This document shows, piece by piece, positions 47,707 through 57,038 of a DNA stretch of 64,000 nucleotides; positions within the stretch are counted from its first letter, which is position 1; each line of letters starts with the position of its first letter. The notes below the pieces were generated by a model. It ran no database searches. It was not told the DNA's origin and saw nothing but the letters and a program-made list of their open reading frames with translations. The translations under genes were made by a program, and so were the position numbers. Origin of the DNA: an uncultured bacterium. Lineage in GTDB: Bacteria > Actinomycetota > Acidimicrobiia > Spongiisociales > UBA4744. The stretch is taken from positions 43,068 through 107,067 of the forward strand of contig CAWHCO010000005.1 of assembly GCA_963827865.1 (NCBI GenBank), written 5' to 3'.

Positions 47707-48660
47707 CTACTCCATCGCTCCCAGCACGAGGGCAAGGAGGGACATGCGCATCACCACACCGTTGTACGCCTCCTGCCAGTAGCGAGCGTACTTGGTGGCA
47801 TCGACATCGGGCGGCAACTCATCCATGCGAGGCAGCGAGTGCAAGATGATCGCATCCGACTTCGCCTTCTCCGCGAGGAGTTTCCTGGTCACCTTGTAGT
47901 TGTCGGGCGTGAGACCCGTCTCAACCGCGCGTTCGTCGCGCCCCTTCGTGTAGTCGGCCTGCACGACGGGCTCCATGTAGATCACGTCCGCCTCGGCGAT
48001 CACGTCGGCAACGTGGTCGGCCGTCCTCACAAAAAGGTTCTGCTCCGCGAGTTCCGCCTTGAACTCCTCGGTCAATGACATCTCAGGTGGCGCCACCGAG
48101 ATCATCTGGGCGTCGAATTGTGTGAGCGCGTACCCGAGCGAGTGCATGGTTCGCATCCGCATGTCACCGATCGCCACGAAGGTGAGCCCGTCGATCGTTC
48201 CCTTCTCGACGAGCACCGTATACAGATCGGTGAGGACCTGAGTCGGATGTTCCCCCCACCCGTCCCCGGCGTTGATGACCGGAACGCTCGACCACTTGGC
48301 GGCCTCCTGCGGTGCACCCTGCTGGAAGTGCCGCATGACGATGACGTCGCCGTAGTACTCCAGCATGTGCACGGTGTCCTTGATCGATTCCTGGTAGAAG
48401 TCACCTGCACGCGTCATCTTGGCGTCGGAGAATCCCAGCACGTGGCCTCCGAGCCGATGCATCGCCGCCTCATGGGCCATGCGTGTTCGCGTCGACGGCT
48501 GGTAGAAGGCTGTCAGCAGAGTCTTGTCCGACAACAGATCAGTGTTCCGACGTTCACGAGCGATCGGCTCCAGCTCGGACGCGGTCTCGAATACGTGCTC
48601 GAACTCTGCCCGTTCGAAGCCCTTCAGCGACAGGATGTCCCGGCCGGCGAAGCTCCTCAT
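47707..48660 (-). CDS. Aspartate carbamoyltransferase-like protein (PyrB paralog)
   Basis: ATG at 48660 behind AAGGAGAG. 317 aa. PSTRTRMAHE, VINAGDGWGEHPTQ, LHSLPRMDELPPDVD, and a C-terminal YNGVVMRMSLLALVL. There is no adjacent pyrI or pyrC. Confidence 0.8.
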   Translation of the reverse strand: MRSFAGRDILSLKGFERAEFEHVFETASELEPIARERRNTDLLSDKTLLTAFYQPSTRTRMAHEAAMHRLGGHVLGFSDAKMTRAGDFYQESIKDTVHMLEYYGDVIVMRHFQQGAPQEAAKWSSVPVINAGDGWGEHPTQVLTDLYTVLVEKGTIDGLTFVAIGDMRMRTMHSLGYALTQFDAQMISVAPPEMSLTEEFKAELAEQNLFVRTADHVADVIAEADVIYMEPVVQADYTKGRDERAVETGLTPDNYKVTRKLLAEKAKSDAIILHSLPRMDELPPDVDATKYARYWQEAYNGVVMRMSLLALVLGAME

Positions 48661-48773
48661 TGACACTCTCCTTTCGAGGAACGGTCCAAGCCTATCGCTT
48701 CCCACACCCCGCACCGCCGTTTGGGATTGCGGATCCGCCGTGGCCCGTCCCGACCCGGTAGGCTTGCCCGAAC
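48661..48773. promoter_or_regulatory. Divergent control region between the carbamoyltransferase operon and the ABC importer operon
   Basis: 113-bp gap flanked by two outward-facing starts. It contains the 10-bp perfect palindrome GCGGATCCGC (48729-48738) and a CCGCCGT direct repeat (48715-48721, 48736-48742). Confidence 0.3.
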
Positions 48774-49901
48774 GTGGAGGGTAGGAAGCGGACGAACCTG
48801 AGGCTCCTGTCGCTCGCCGGGAGCCTCTTCCCTGTGATTGCTGTCCTCGCCGCGCTCCTGGTCGGCGCTTTCATGCTGCTCATCCTGGGAGCAGATCCCC
48901 TCAAGGGTTTCGGCGCCATGATCGACGGAGCTTTCGGTGGGGTCCGCCAACTCTCGGATACCGCAGCGAAGGCGGTCCCGCTGCTCCTCGTCGGTGTCGG
49001 TATCACGATCGCGTTCCGGGCGAACGTGATCAACATCGGCGGCGAGGGCCAGATCGTTCTCGGCGCACTCTTCTCGACAGGAGTCGCACTCCTCTTGCCG
49101 AACCTGCCAGGTTGGCTGCTGTTGCCGGGCGTGTTGATCGCAGGCTTCGTGGGCGGTGCGCTGTGGGGAGCGATCCCAGGCGCGTTGAAGGCCTACTTCA
49201 ACGTGAACGAGATCCTCAGCACGATCATGCTCAACATCGTCGCCGTGCAGATCATGAACTTCCTCCTCCAGGGACCTTGGATGGACCCGGTGGAGCTTCG
49301 ACGCGGCAGCCGCATCCCACAGACCACCCGGCTCCCGCATCAGGCCGACCTCCCGCTGTTGATCAGGAACTCCCGTCTCAACATCGGACTCATCATCGCG
49401 ATCGTGGCGGCGGTCATCGTCTACGTCTTCCTTTGGCGTATGACCGAAGGCTTTCGGATTCGGGCCGTCGGCTTCAACCCGTTCGCATCGCGATACGCAG
49501 GCATGCAGGTACAGCATCGGGTCGTGCTCGCGCTCACACTATCCGGCGCGTTGTGTGGTCTCGCCGGTGCGATTCTCGTGTTCGGGAGTGAGGCACACCG
49601 TTTCGTGACAGACGGTTCGGCCACGGGATTCACGGGCAGCGCCGGCTTCAACGGAATCGTCGCCGCCCTCTTCGGAGGTCTCCATCCCGTCGGCACGATC
49701 CCCGCATCGCTTCTGTTCGGTGCCCTCCTGGTTGGGGCGAACAAGCTCCAGCGGGTCGTCCAGGTGCCGGCCGCCCTGATCGTGGCACTCAACGGCCTCA
49801 TCGTGGTGTTCGTTGTCAGCGCGGCAATCTGGAAACGGCGTCTCACACACCGAATTCAGTTGATCACCTCTCGGGCAAACGAGACAAGGGACGAGCCATG
49901 A
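48774..49901 (+). CDS. ABC transporter permease (BMP/nucleoside-type system)
   Basis: 375 aa polytopic membrane protein with the pattern of the sugar/nucleoside ABC permease family (NIGGEGQ, GFNGIVAALFG). Confidence 0.85.
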   Translation: MEGRKRTNLRLLSLAGSLFPVIAVLAALLVGAFMLLILGADPLKGFGAMIDGAFGGVRQLSDTAAKAVPLLLVGVGITIAFRANVINIGGEGQIVLGALFSTGVALLLPNLPGWLLLPGVLIAGFVGGALWGAIPGALKAYFNVNEILSTIMLNIVAVQIMNFLLQGPWMDPVELRRGSRIPQTTRLPHQADLPLLIRNSRLNIGLIIAIVAAVIVYVFLWRMTEGFRIRAVGFNPFASRYAGMQVQHRVVLALTLSGALCGLAGAILVFGSEAHRFVTDGSATGFTGSAGFNGIVAALFGGLHPVGTIPASLLFGALLVGANKLQRVVQVPAALIVALNGLIVVFVVSAAIWKRRLTHRIQLITSRANETRDEP

Positions 49902-50830
49902 GTGAGTTCTTCTCGGCTGCGGCGCTCGTCACCACCATCGGAGCAGGCATTCGGTACGCGACCTCGTACCTGTATGCGGCGCTCGGCGAGACGTTCGGCC
50001 AGCGCAGTGGCGTGCTGAACCTCGGCGTTGACGGAATCATGCTCCTCGGAGCCTTCGGCGCCTACTACGTGGTCCTCGAGACCGGCAACTTGTGGCTGGC
50101 CCTTTTCATCGCTGCCGTCATCGGGCTGGTGATGGGACTCGCCATGGCATTCGCGAGCGTCACCTTGCAGGCGGAGCAAGGCATCAGCGGCATCGGTTTC
50201 TACCTCTTCGGCCTGGGTATGAGCGACCTCCTGTTTCAGAAACTCGTCGGTACACCGCGGCCTATCAGCGGATTCCCAGACGTCCACATCCCGTGGCTCA
50301 GTGACATCCCGGTCGTCGGTCCCCTCATCTTCTCCCACAGCCTGATCGTGTACGGAGCATTCCTGCTGGTCCCGATCGGAACGTTCGTCCTCAATCGCAC
50401 CACGATCGGGCTGAAGATCCGATCGGCCGGAGAGAACCCGGCCGCCGTCGACACGCTCGGAGTCTCGGTCGCAAGAGTCCGCTATGGAACGGTCATGTTC
50501 GGGAGCATGCTGGCAGGTATCGGGGGCGCCGCCCTCACGACGGAACTCGGCATCTTCCAGCAGAACCTCACCGCCGGCCAAGGCTTCATCGCCGTCGCCC
50601 TCGTCTACTTCGGAGCTTGGAGACCGGTGGGCGTGATGTACGGGGCGCTTCTGTACGGCCTCGTCGCGTCGATCGTCTCTCAGCTGAAGACCCTCGGGAT
50701 CATCCCGCGCTCGGTGTCGGACCTCGCGTCGATGCTTCCGGCCGTGATCACGATCCTCGCGCTCGTCGTCGTCGTTCAGCGGGAACGGCAGCCGGCGGCA
50801 CTCACAAAACCATACCAACGAGGGGGCTAG
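49898..50830 (+). CDS. ABC transporter permease (BMP/nucleoside-type system)
   Basis: 310 aa with an ATGA overlap with the preceding permease. LNLGVDGIMLLGAF, IRSAGENPAAVDTLGVSV. Confidence 0.85.
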   Translation: MSEFFSAAALVTTIGAGIRYATSYLYAALGETFGQRSGVLNLGVDGIMLLGAFGAYYVVLETGNLWLALFIAAVIGLVMGLAMAFASVTLQAEQGISGIGFYLFGLGMSDLLFQKLVGTPRPISGFPDVHIPWLSDIPVVGPLIFSHSLIVYGAFLLVPIGTFVLNRTTIGLKIRSAGENPAAVDTLGVSVARVRYGTVMFGSMLAGIGGAALTTELGIFQQNLTAGQGFIAVALVYFGAWRPVGVMYGALLYGLVASIVSQLKTLGIIPRSVSDLASMLPAVITILALVVVVQRERQPAALTKPYQRGG

Positions 50831-50847
50831 CCCCCGGAAGGAGCAAC

Positions 50848-51876
50848 ATGAGACGACTCACCGTGACCGGCATCGTGGTGCTGGTGTTCGCGCTGGTTGC
50901 CGCCGCCTGCGGTGGCGGAGCTACAACCACGACCGCGGCACCGGGCACGACCACACCACCGACCGAGCCACTGAAGGTGGCGATGGTCGCCCCGAGCGCG
51001 GTCAACGACCTCGCGTTCAGCCAGAGCATGTACGACGCCCTGCTGGCAGTACAGGAGGAGATGGGTGGCGAGTCGGCGATGCAGATCGCATACTCGGACA
51101 ATCTGTTCGTCGTCGACGACGCCGCTGCAGCGATCCGTGACTACGCCAATGAGGGATACGACTTGGTGATCGCCCATGGTTCCCAATTCGGCTCGTCCCT
51201 CCAGGAGATCGCACCCGACTACCCGGACACCGCATTCGCGTGGGGAACCGCAGGTGACACGTTCGGCCTCGCGAACGTGTTCGCCTACGAGGCGGCCTCT
51301 GAGGAAGGCGGGTACGTCGAAGGTGTGATGGCCGCGGCGCTCTCCACGTCGGGCGTGCTCGGTGTTATCGGCCCCATCGAGGTCGGTGACGCAGCCCGCT
51401 ATGTCAACGGGTTCGTCGCCGGCGCGACGGCCCAGAACCCGGCGATCGACGTGAAGGTGAACTACACCGGTTCGTTCAGCGACGTTGCCCTTGCGGCGAC
51501 GGCTGCGAATACCGAAATCGCGGCGAGCGCCGACGTGTTGACCGGCACGGCCCAGATGGTCACCGGCGCCGTGGGTGTCGCCAAGGACGCCGGCGTTCCG
51601 TGGTTCGGTACGCAGGCGGACCAGACACAGCTCGCCCCGTCGATCGTTGTCGCGTCGCAGGTGTACCACTGGGAAGTGGTCGTCAAGCAGATCATCGACC
51701 TGATGAACCAAGGCACGATGGGTGATCAGTCCTTCGTGATCAATCTCTCCAACGGTGGTGAGGCGATCGCGTACAACCCCGGCTACTCACTGCCGGACGA
51801 TGTAAAGCAGCTGGCCGAAGACACCGTCAAGGGAATCTCCGACGGCTCGATCAACCCGCCACGACCAGGCTCGTAA
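50848..51876 (+). CDS. BMP-family ABC substrate-binding lipoprotein (purine nucleoside receptor-like)
   Basis: ATG at 50848 behind GGAAGGAG. Signal peptide with lipobox LVAAAC, a Thr/Pro linker, then the BMP/PnrA-like pattern (VAMVAPSAVNDLAFSQS, IAHGSQFG). Confidence 0.85.
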   Translation: MRRLTVTGIVVLVFALVAAACGGGATTTTAAPGTTTPPTEPLKVAMVAPSAVNDLAFSQSMYDALLAVQEEMGGESAMQIAYSDNLFVVDDAAAAIRDYANEGYDLVIAHGSQFGSSLQEIAPDYPDTAFAWGTAGDTFGLANVFAYEAASEEGGYVEGVMAAALSTSGVLGVIGPIEVGDAARYVNGFVAGATAQNPAIDVKVNYTGSFSDVALAATAANTEIAASADVLTGTAQMVTGAVGVAKDAGVPWFGTQADQTQLAPSIVVASQVYHWEVVVKQIIDLMNQGTMGDQSFVINLSNGGEAIAYNPGYSLPDDVKQLAEDTVKGISDGSINPPRPGS

Positions 51877-51886
51877 GGAGACGACG

Positions 51887-53458
51887 ATGCACCCCCAGGG
51901 AACCGACTCCACGTCCGTTGGCATCGATCTCGAGATGCGCGGCATCGTGAAGCGGTTCCCCGGGGTGCTCGCCAATGACCACGTCGATTTCGACGTCCGC
52001 CGTGGAGAGGTCCACACACTCCTCGGAGAGAACGGAGCCGGCAAGTCCACCTTGATGAAGATCCTGTACGGGCTCCAACAGCCCGATGACGGCGAGATAT
52101 ACATCGACGGCAGGCCGGTCGTGATCTCCTCTCCCAGCGACGCGATCGACCATGGCATCGGCATGATCCACCAGCACTTCATGCTCGTCGAAACCATCAC
52201 GGTCGCCGAGAACGTCGCTCTGGGTCTGAAGTCCTCTCGGGGACCGCTCCTCGAACTCGACGTCGTCTCGAAGCGCATCGAGGAGCTATCCAAGGCGTAC
52301 GGCATCAAGGTCGATCCGAGAGCGTATGTGTGGCAGCTCTCGGTCGGTGAGCAGCAGCGGGTGGAGATCATCAAAGCCCTCTATCGCAACGTCTCGCTGC
52401 TCGCCCTCGATGAACCCACCGCGGTGCTGACCCCGCAGGAGGTCGACGATCTGTTCGTGACGCTCAGGCGGATGGCGGCCGAAGGTCATCCCCTGATCTT
52501 CATCTCTCACAAGCTCCACGAAGTGCTGGACATCAGTGATCGGATCACCGTGCTTCGCAACGGCCGCAGGATCGGCACAGTCCCCAAGGAGGGAGCCACA
52601 AAGGCAAGCCTCGCGTCGATGATGGTCGGCCGCGAAATGTTGCTCGAACGTGAACACAAGCCCGCCGAGATCGGCGCCCCCCGACTCCAGGTGCAAGGCC
52701 TGAGAGCCAAGAACGATCGGGGACTCGACGCGTTGGATGGCGTCGACCTCGAGGTCAGGTCAGGTGAGATCCTCGCGATCGCGGGCGTTTCGGGCAACGG
52801 ACAGCAGGAACTCGCCCAGGTGATCGCCGGGCTGCGACCGGCGACCGAAGGAAAAGTACTCCTCGACGGCGTCGACGTGACCACGTGGAAGACACGAGAC
52901 CGTCGGCGTGTGGGCCTCGCCTACATCCCAGAGAAGCGCATGCGCGACGGCGCCGTCCAGCAGTTCACCGTCGCCGAGAACCTGATGTTGCACGACTACG
53001 ACAAGCTCCCGTTCGCGAAGCGGAGTTTCCTCGACTTCGCGGCGATCGAGGAACACTGCGACGAGCTGATCGAGGCTTTCAACGTGAAGACGCCCTCACA
53101 GAAAACACTGCTGAGCGCCTTGTCGGGCGGCAACATCCAGAAGGCGATCCTCGCCCGGGAGCTGTCAGGAAACCCGAAGGTGCTCATCGCAGCACAACCG
53201 ACACGTGGTGTCGACATCGGAGCCACCGAGTACATCCATCAACGGCTCCTCGACCAACGGTTCATCCACGAGAAGCTCCTCGATCAACGCAAGGCCGGCA
53301 CCGCAACCTTGCTCATTTCCGAGGATCTCGACGAGATCCTGGTTCTCGCCGATCGAATCGCGGTCATGTACGAGGGCCGGATCATGGGCATCGTCGACAG
53401 CGACGATGCCACAGTCGAACAACTCGGCCTGATGATGGCAGGCGTGGCAGAGGATTGA
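51887..53458 (+). CDS. ABC transporter ATP-binding protein, duplicated ATPase domains
   Basis: 523 aa. Walker [10 protein letters not shown] and GVSGNGQQE; signature [11 protein letters not shown] and [11 protein letters not shown]. Confidence 0.9.
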   Translation: MHPQGTDSTSVGIDLEMRGIVKRFPGVLANDHVDFDVRRGEVHTLLGENGAGKSTLMKILYGLQQPDDGEIYIDGRPVVISSPSDAIDHGIGMIHQHFMLVETITVAENVALGLKSSRGPLLELDVVSKRIEELSKAYGIKVDPRAYVWQLSVGEQQRVEIIKALYRNVSLLALDEPTAVLTPQEVDDLFVTLRRMAAEGHPLIFISHKLHEVLDISDRITVLRNGRRIGTVPKEGATKASLASMMVGREMLLEREHKPAEIGAPRLQVQGLRAKNDRGLDALDGVDLEVRSGEILAIAGVSGNGQQELAQVIAGLRPATEGKVLLDGVDVTTWKTRDRRRVGLAYIPEKRMRDGAVQQFTVAENLMLHDYDKLPFAKRSFLDFAAIEEHCDELIEAFNVKTPSQKTLLSALSGGNIQKAILARELSGNPKVLIAAQPTRGVDIGATEYIHQRLLDQRFIHEKLLDQRKAGTATLLISEDLDEILVLADRIAVMYEGRIMGIVDSDDATVEQLGLMMAGVAED

Positions 53459-53479
53459 GCAGCCGTCGGCTGCTCAATC
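53453..53479. terminator. Perfect 12-bp stem hairpin spanning the ABC ATPase stop codon
   Basis: GATTGAGCAGCC gtc GGCTGCTCAATC. The stop TGA is at 53456-53458. Confidence 0.55.
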
Positions 53480-53480
53480 C

Positions 53481-53572
53481 GTACCTCGTATGTACCTCGT
53501 ACCGGTACGGCCCGCCCCGCGGTCTGGAAACGCGTTTGTTCGAGTACGAGGTACAAGGTACAAGGTACAAGG
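53481..53572. repeat. GTAC-heptad inverted-repeat element, copy B
   Basis: The left arm is GTACCTC GTAT GTACCTC GTACCG GTAC. The right arm is GTACGAG GTACAAG GTACAAG GTACAAG G. It lies between the convergent ABC ATPase and YgfK-like genes. Confidence 0.7.
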
Positions 53573-53602
53573 CCCCGATGTCTCGTGCCGGTCCCTTTCG
53601 AC

Positions 53603-56600
53603 CTAGCTGGCGGCCACAGGCAAGTAGGGCATCGAGCCTCGCAAGCCCTGCATGATGGCATACATGGTTGCAGCCGCCTCGAGCCGCAGGACCGCACCAT
53701 CTTTACCCGATGCGTCGATGACGGTGAACTCGTCGGGATCGACGTGCACCGTTCCCAATGGGTTCTCGTAGGTGAGCGAGCCGTTCAGCTCTATGCGGTG
53801 TGTCTCCCCTGCGAACCGCCCTTCCATGGCACCGTTGTGCAGCATGAATGCGTTGTCGGGCTCGGAGAGGAAGTCATCTCTGTTGAGGTAGAGGCGCGGC
53901 TTGTCACGGTAGGGCTCGCCTGCCGTCGGGCAGAACGTCACGCAGTTCCCGCACTCGTTGCAGAAGTCGGTGAGCACGGCGATCTGGTACCCCTGTTCGA
54001 CCGAGAACGACTCACCCGGTGCGACGCTTGCCCCTTCACCTCCGATTGTGACAACGGGCAGATCGAACGACACCGGCTCCATCGTGTAGGTCATCAGCGC
54101 CATGTTCGGGCACACGCCGACGCAGATGCTGCAGTAGAGGTCACAGTCGAGACAACGTGACGCCTCGTTCTGAGCTTCTTCCGCCGTGTAGGGGAACGTC
54201 CCCATCCGGAAGTTCTTGCGCTCGCCGACCGGAACGTGTGTGATGGGTACCCGATACTCCCGGTGTGCCTTGCGCACCTGGATGTCCGCCACCGAGAACA
54301 CCGGCAGATTCCTCTCTGCCGGCACCACGCTGCCACCCTCGCGCTCGATGATCGTCGCCGCGACCACCTTGGCGTCACCTGCCGCTTTCACGATCGATGC
54401 CGGCCCCGGGGCGGCGACGTCACCCGCCGCGAACACACCGGGGATCGACGTCTCCATCGTGGCCGGATCGACGTCGAGGTATCCGCCCCGGGTCAACGCG
54501 GGCAGCTCCTCGTCGAAGAAGTCGATCAGCGCATGCTGGCTGATCGCGAGAATCATCGTGTCGAACGGAAGCTCGAACTCGGACCCTTCGATCGTGTGCG
54601 GCACCTTGCGACCGGACGCGTCCCTGTCGCCCCGGTATTCGTTGCGGACGCACACCAACCCGGCAAGAGCTTCGTCTTCGATGTGCAACGCGACGGGGCT
54701 GGTCAGCTCCTCGACCCGGATGCCCTCTTCGAGCAGCAGATGAACCTCTTCCCTGTCGGCCGGCATCTGATCGATCGTGCGCCGGTACACCACGGTCACG
54801 TGATCGGTTCCGAGACGCCATGAGGTTCGTGCGCAGTCCATCGCCGTGTCACCGGCCCCGATGACCGCCACCCGGTCTCCGATCGGCACCGGGTGGCCCT
54901 CCCTTGCCGCCCTGAGGAAGTGGAGGGCGTCCATGACACCATCGGCTTCCTCACCCTCGAGGCCGAGGCGTTTGCCGATCTGGGCGCCGGCTGCAACCAG
55001 CACGTAGCGGTAGCCCTGCTTCCGTAGGTCCGAAACGGTGAAGTCTCGTCCCGCGGTCTGGCCGAATCTGGTCTCGACGCCGAGATCGTTGACGACCTTC
55101 ACATCCTTGTCGATCTCGATCTGGGGAAGCCGGTACTCGGGAATCGCGCCCGACACCATGCCGCCAGGGTAGGGGTGCTGTTCGAACATCGTGACTTCGA
55201 ACCCTTCCCCGGCGAGCACTTCCGCAGCTGACATGCCCGCGGGCCCCGCTCCGATGATCGCCACCTTGATCCCCGTCGCCGGCTTCGGGACCGTTGCAGC
55301 GGGTTCGGTCTCGAGCGTCATGACGAAGCGCTTCATATCCCGGATCGCGAGTGGCTCGTCGTAGTGGGTTCTGATGCAGGTGTGCTCGCACAGGTGGTCA
55401 CAGACCTGGCCGAGAATCGTCGGGATCGGGTTGTCCTGGCGGGTGACCGCAACGGCCGTCGCCCAGTCGCCATCTCGGACGGCACGCATGTACTCGGGGA
55501 CTCGCTGGTTCACCGGGCACTCGTCCTCGCATGGGGCCGCGATGCAGTCGAACAGGTCGAGGGGGCGCACGGTCTTGGAACGGCTCCTGAAGAACGAGCC
55601 TTTCTTCAGATCCCATGCTTGACGCGCCTCGGCCGAGTAGGCGCGCAGGTTGACCCGCGCGGCGGCCGTGACCAGCGCACGACGAGTCGCCGGGTTCCGG
55701 GGCAGAACCCCGCCCTCATTCAGACTCGCGACCTCTTCGGCCGCCTGCTCGATACCGAGGCTCACTGCGAATACTCCCGTGAGTTCACCGGGGCGTTCCA
55801 GGGCGGTGCGCACGATCAACTCGTCGAGGTTCTCCGCACCCGCACGGTCGAGCGCAGTATCGGTGGTCTCGAAGTACTGCAGCATCCGCATGTAGCCGCC
55901 GGACCTGAGCAGGTCGCTGCACACTGTGATCGTGCTCATTCCCGAGGCGAGCAGCGACGGAGCATTGAAGGCGTCCGCTCCCCCCGCGAAGGACATGAGC
56001 AGGTCCCCGGCGAAGTCCTCGTTGATCCGGTTGGCGACGTTGGTGGTGATCGCGTGCAGGGCTCGCCCGGACATGTACATGGTCTCGTCGGTGAACACGT
56101 CGCGGAAGTTCTCCACCTCGAGGGTGTTGGTGAGCTTGACGCCGAAGGTGAGGCCTTCACCGGCTCCGACGGCTTTGAGCCTGCGCAGCATCGGGACGGC
56201 ATCTGCGTATTGCAGGTCGTGTCCGAAGGCGGCGTCGGGAACCGGCACATCCCTGTAGCCGAGGTCGGACAGGATGGAACGCACACCGTCCGGGCCGAGC
56301 AGGGTCGGATTCAGCTTGACACTCGTGTGCAGATGTCGCTGCTTCATGAGGTACTGGCTGATCGTCTCGATCTCGTCCGGGGGACAACCGTGCATCGTGG
56401 AGAGGGTGATTGTGTCCGACAGCCGTCTCGGAATGTGGATTGAGCGCACCTCCGGGTAGTCCGCCGCGACGATCTCGACCATCTCACCCAGGCGTTCGGA
56501 GGCGTCGTCCATCCGTTCGAAGTACCACTGGACGTTCGGCTGCTGGATGCCTGCATAGTCGTACCCGACACTCATGTTGAAGATCAGGCCGGGATCATCG

Positions 56601-57025
56601 CCGGGGAAGCCGAGTCGCCGGTGGAGGGCATGGATGAGCACCCACGCTCGCAGATACTCCTCGAACGACTCGTGTACCTTCAACTCCTGGGACCACTCGA
56701 CGTTGTAGCCCTCGTCTTGGCAGTCGATACATGGTTTGGGCACGTCGAGCTCATCGAGCGTCTGGACGGTCTTCAGCTCGATGAACCGTGCACCGTGGAG
56801 CCACGCGACGACGATGTTCTGTGCCATCTGTGTGTGCGGTCCTGCCGCGACGCCGAATGGCGTGTCGAGCGCCTGACCGTAGACGTTGGTTCGGTAGCGG
56901 TCCGTCGGGTCGGGAACGAAGAAGGCGGAACGCGGGAACCCGAAGATCGTGTCCTCGGTCTCGAGTTCGGAGAACACCCATCTGCTGAGCGCGCGGGCGC
57001 TGATCGGGTGGAATCGATCGGACAT
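53603..57025 (-). CDS. YgfK-like multidomain oxidoreductase (DHOD/DPD-like barrel + GltD-like FAD/NAD(P) domain + 2x[4Fe-4S] ferredoxin)
   Basis: ATG at 57025 behind AGGAGTG; the track gives 57121. 1140 aa. N-terminus IFGFPRSAFF...GVAAGPHTQMAQNIVVAWLHGARFIELKTVQ. VAIIGAGPAGMSAA..., VAVIGAGDTAMDCART, CLDCDLYCSICVGVCP, CNECGNCVTFCP. Confidence 0.8.
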   Translation of the reverse strand: MSDRFHPISARALSRWVFSELETEDTIFGFPRSAFFVPDPTDRYRTNVYGQALDTPFGVAAGPHTQMAQNIVVAWLHGARFIELKTVQTLDELDVPKPCIDCQDEGYNVEWSQELKVHESFEEYLRAWVLIHALHRRLGFPGDDPGLIFNMSVGYDYAGIQQPNVQWYFERMDDASERLGEMVEIVAADYPEVRSIHIPRRLSDTITLSTMHGCPPDEIETISQYLMKQRHLHTSVKLNPTLLGPDGVRSILSDLGYRDVPVPDAAFGHDLQYADAVPMLRRLKAVGAGEGLTFGVKLTNTLEVENFRDVFTDETMYMSGRALHAITTNVANRINEDFAGDLLMSFAGGADAFNAPSLLASGMSTITVCSDLLRSGGYMRMLQYFETTDTALDRAGAENLDELIVRTALERPGELTGVFAVSLGIEQAAEEVASLNEGGVLPRNPATRRALVTAAARVNLRAYSAEARQAWDLKKGSFFRSRSKTVRPLDLFDCIAAPCEDECPVNQRVPEYMRAVRDGDWATAVAVTRQDNPIPTILGQVCDHLCEHTCIRTHYDEPLAIRDMKRFVMTLETEPAATVPKPATGIKVAIIGAGPAGMSAAEVLAGEGFEVTMFEQHPYPGGMVSGAIPEYRLPQIEIDKDVKVVNDLGVETRFGQTAGRDFTVSDLRKQGYRYVLVAAGAQIGKRLGLEGEEADGVMDALHFLRAAREGHPVPIGDRVAVIGAGDTAMDCARTSWRLGTDHVTVVYRRTIDQMPADREEVHLLLEEGIRVEELTSPVALHIEDEALAGLVCVRNEYRGDRDASGRKVPHTIEGSEFELPFDTMILAISQHALIDFFDEELPALTRGGYLDVDPATMETSIPGVFAAGDVAAPGPASIVKAAGDAKVVAATIIEREGGSVVPAERNLPVFSVADIQVRKAHREYRVPITHVPVGERKNFRMGTFPYTAEEAQNEASRCLDCDLYCSICVGVCPNMALMTYTMEPVSFDLPVVTIGGEGASVAPGESFSVEQGYQIAVLTDFCNECGNCVTFCPTAGEPYRDKPRLYLNRDDFLSEPDNAFMLHNGAMEGRFAGETHRIELNGSLTYENPLGTVHVDPDEFTVIDASGKDGAVLRLEAAATMYAIMQGLRGSMPYLPVAAS

Positions 57026-57038
57026 ACTCACACTCCTA

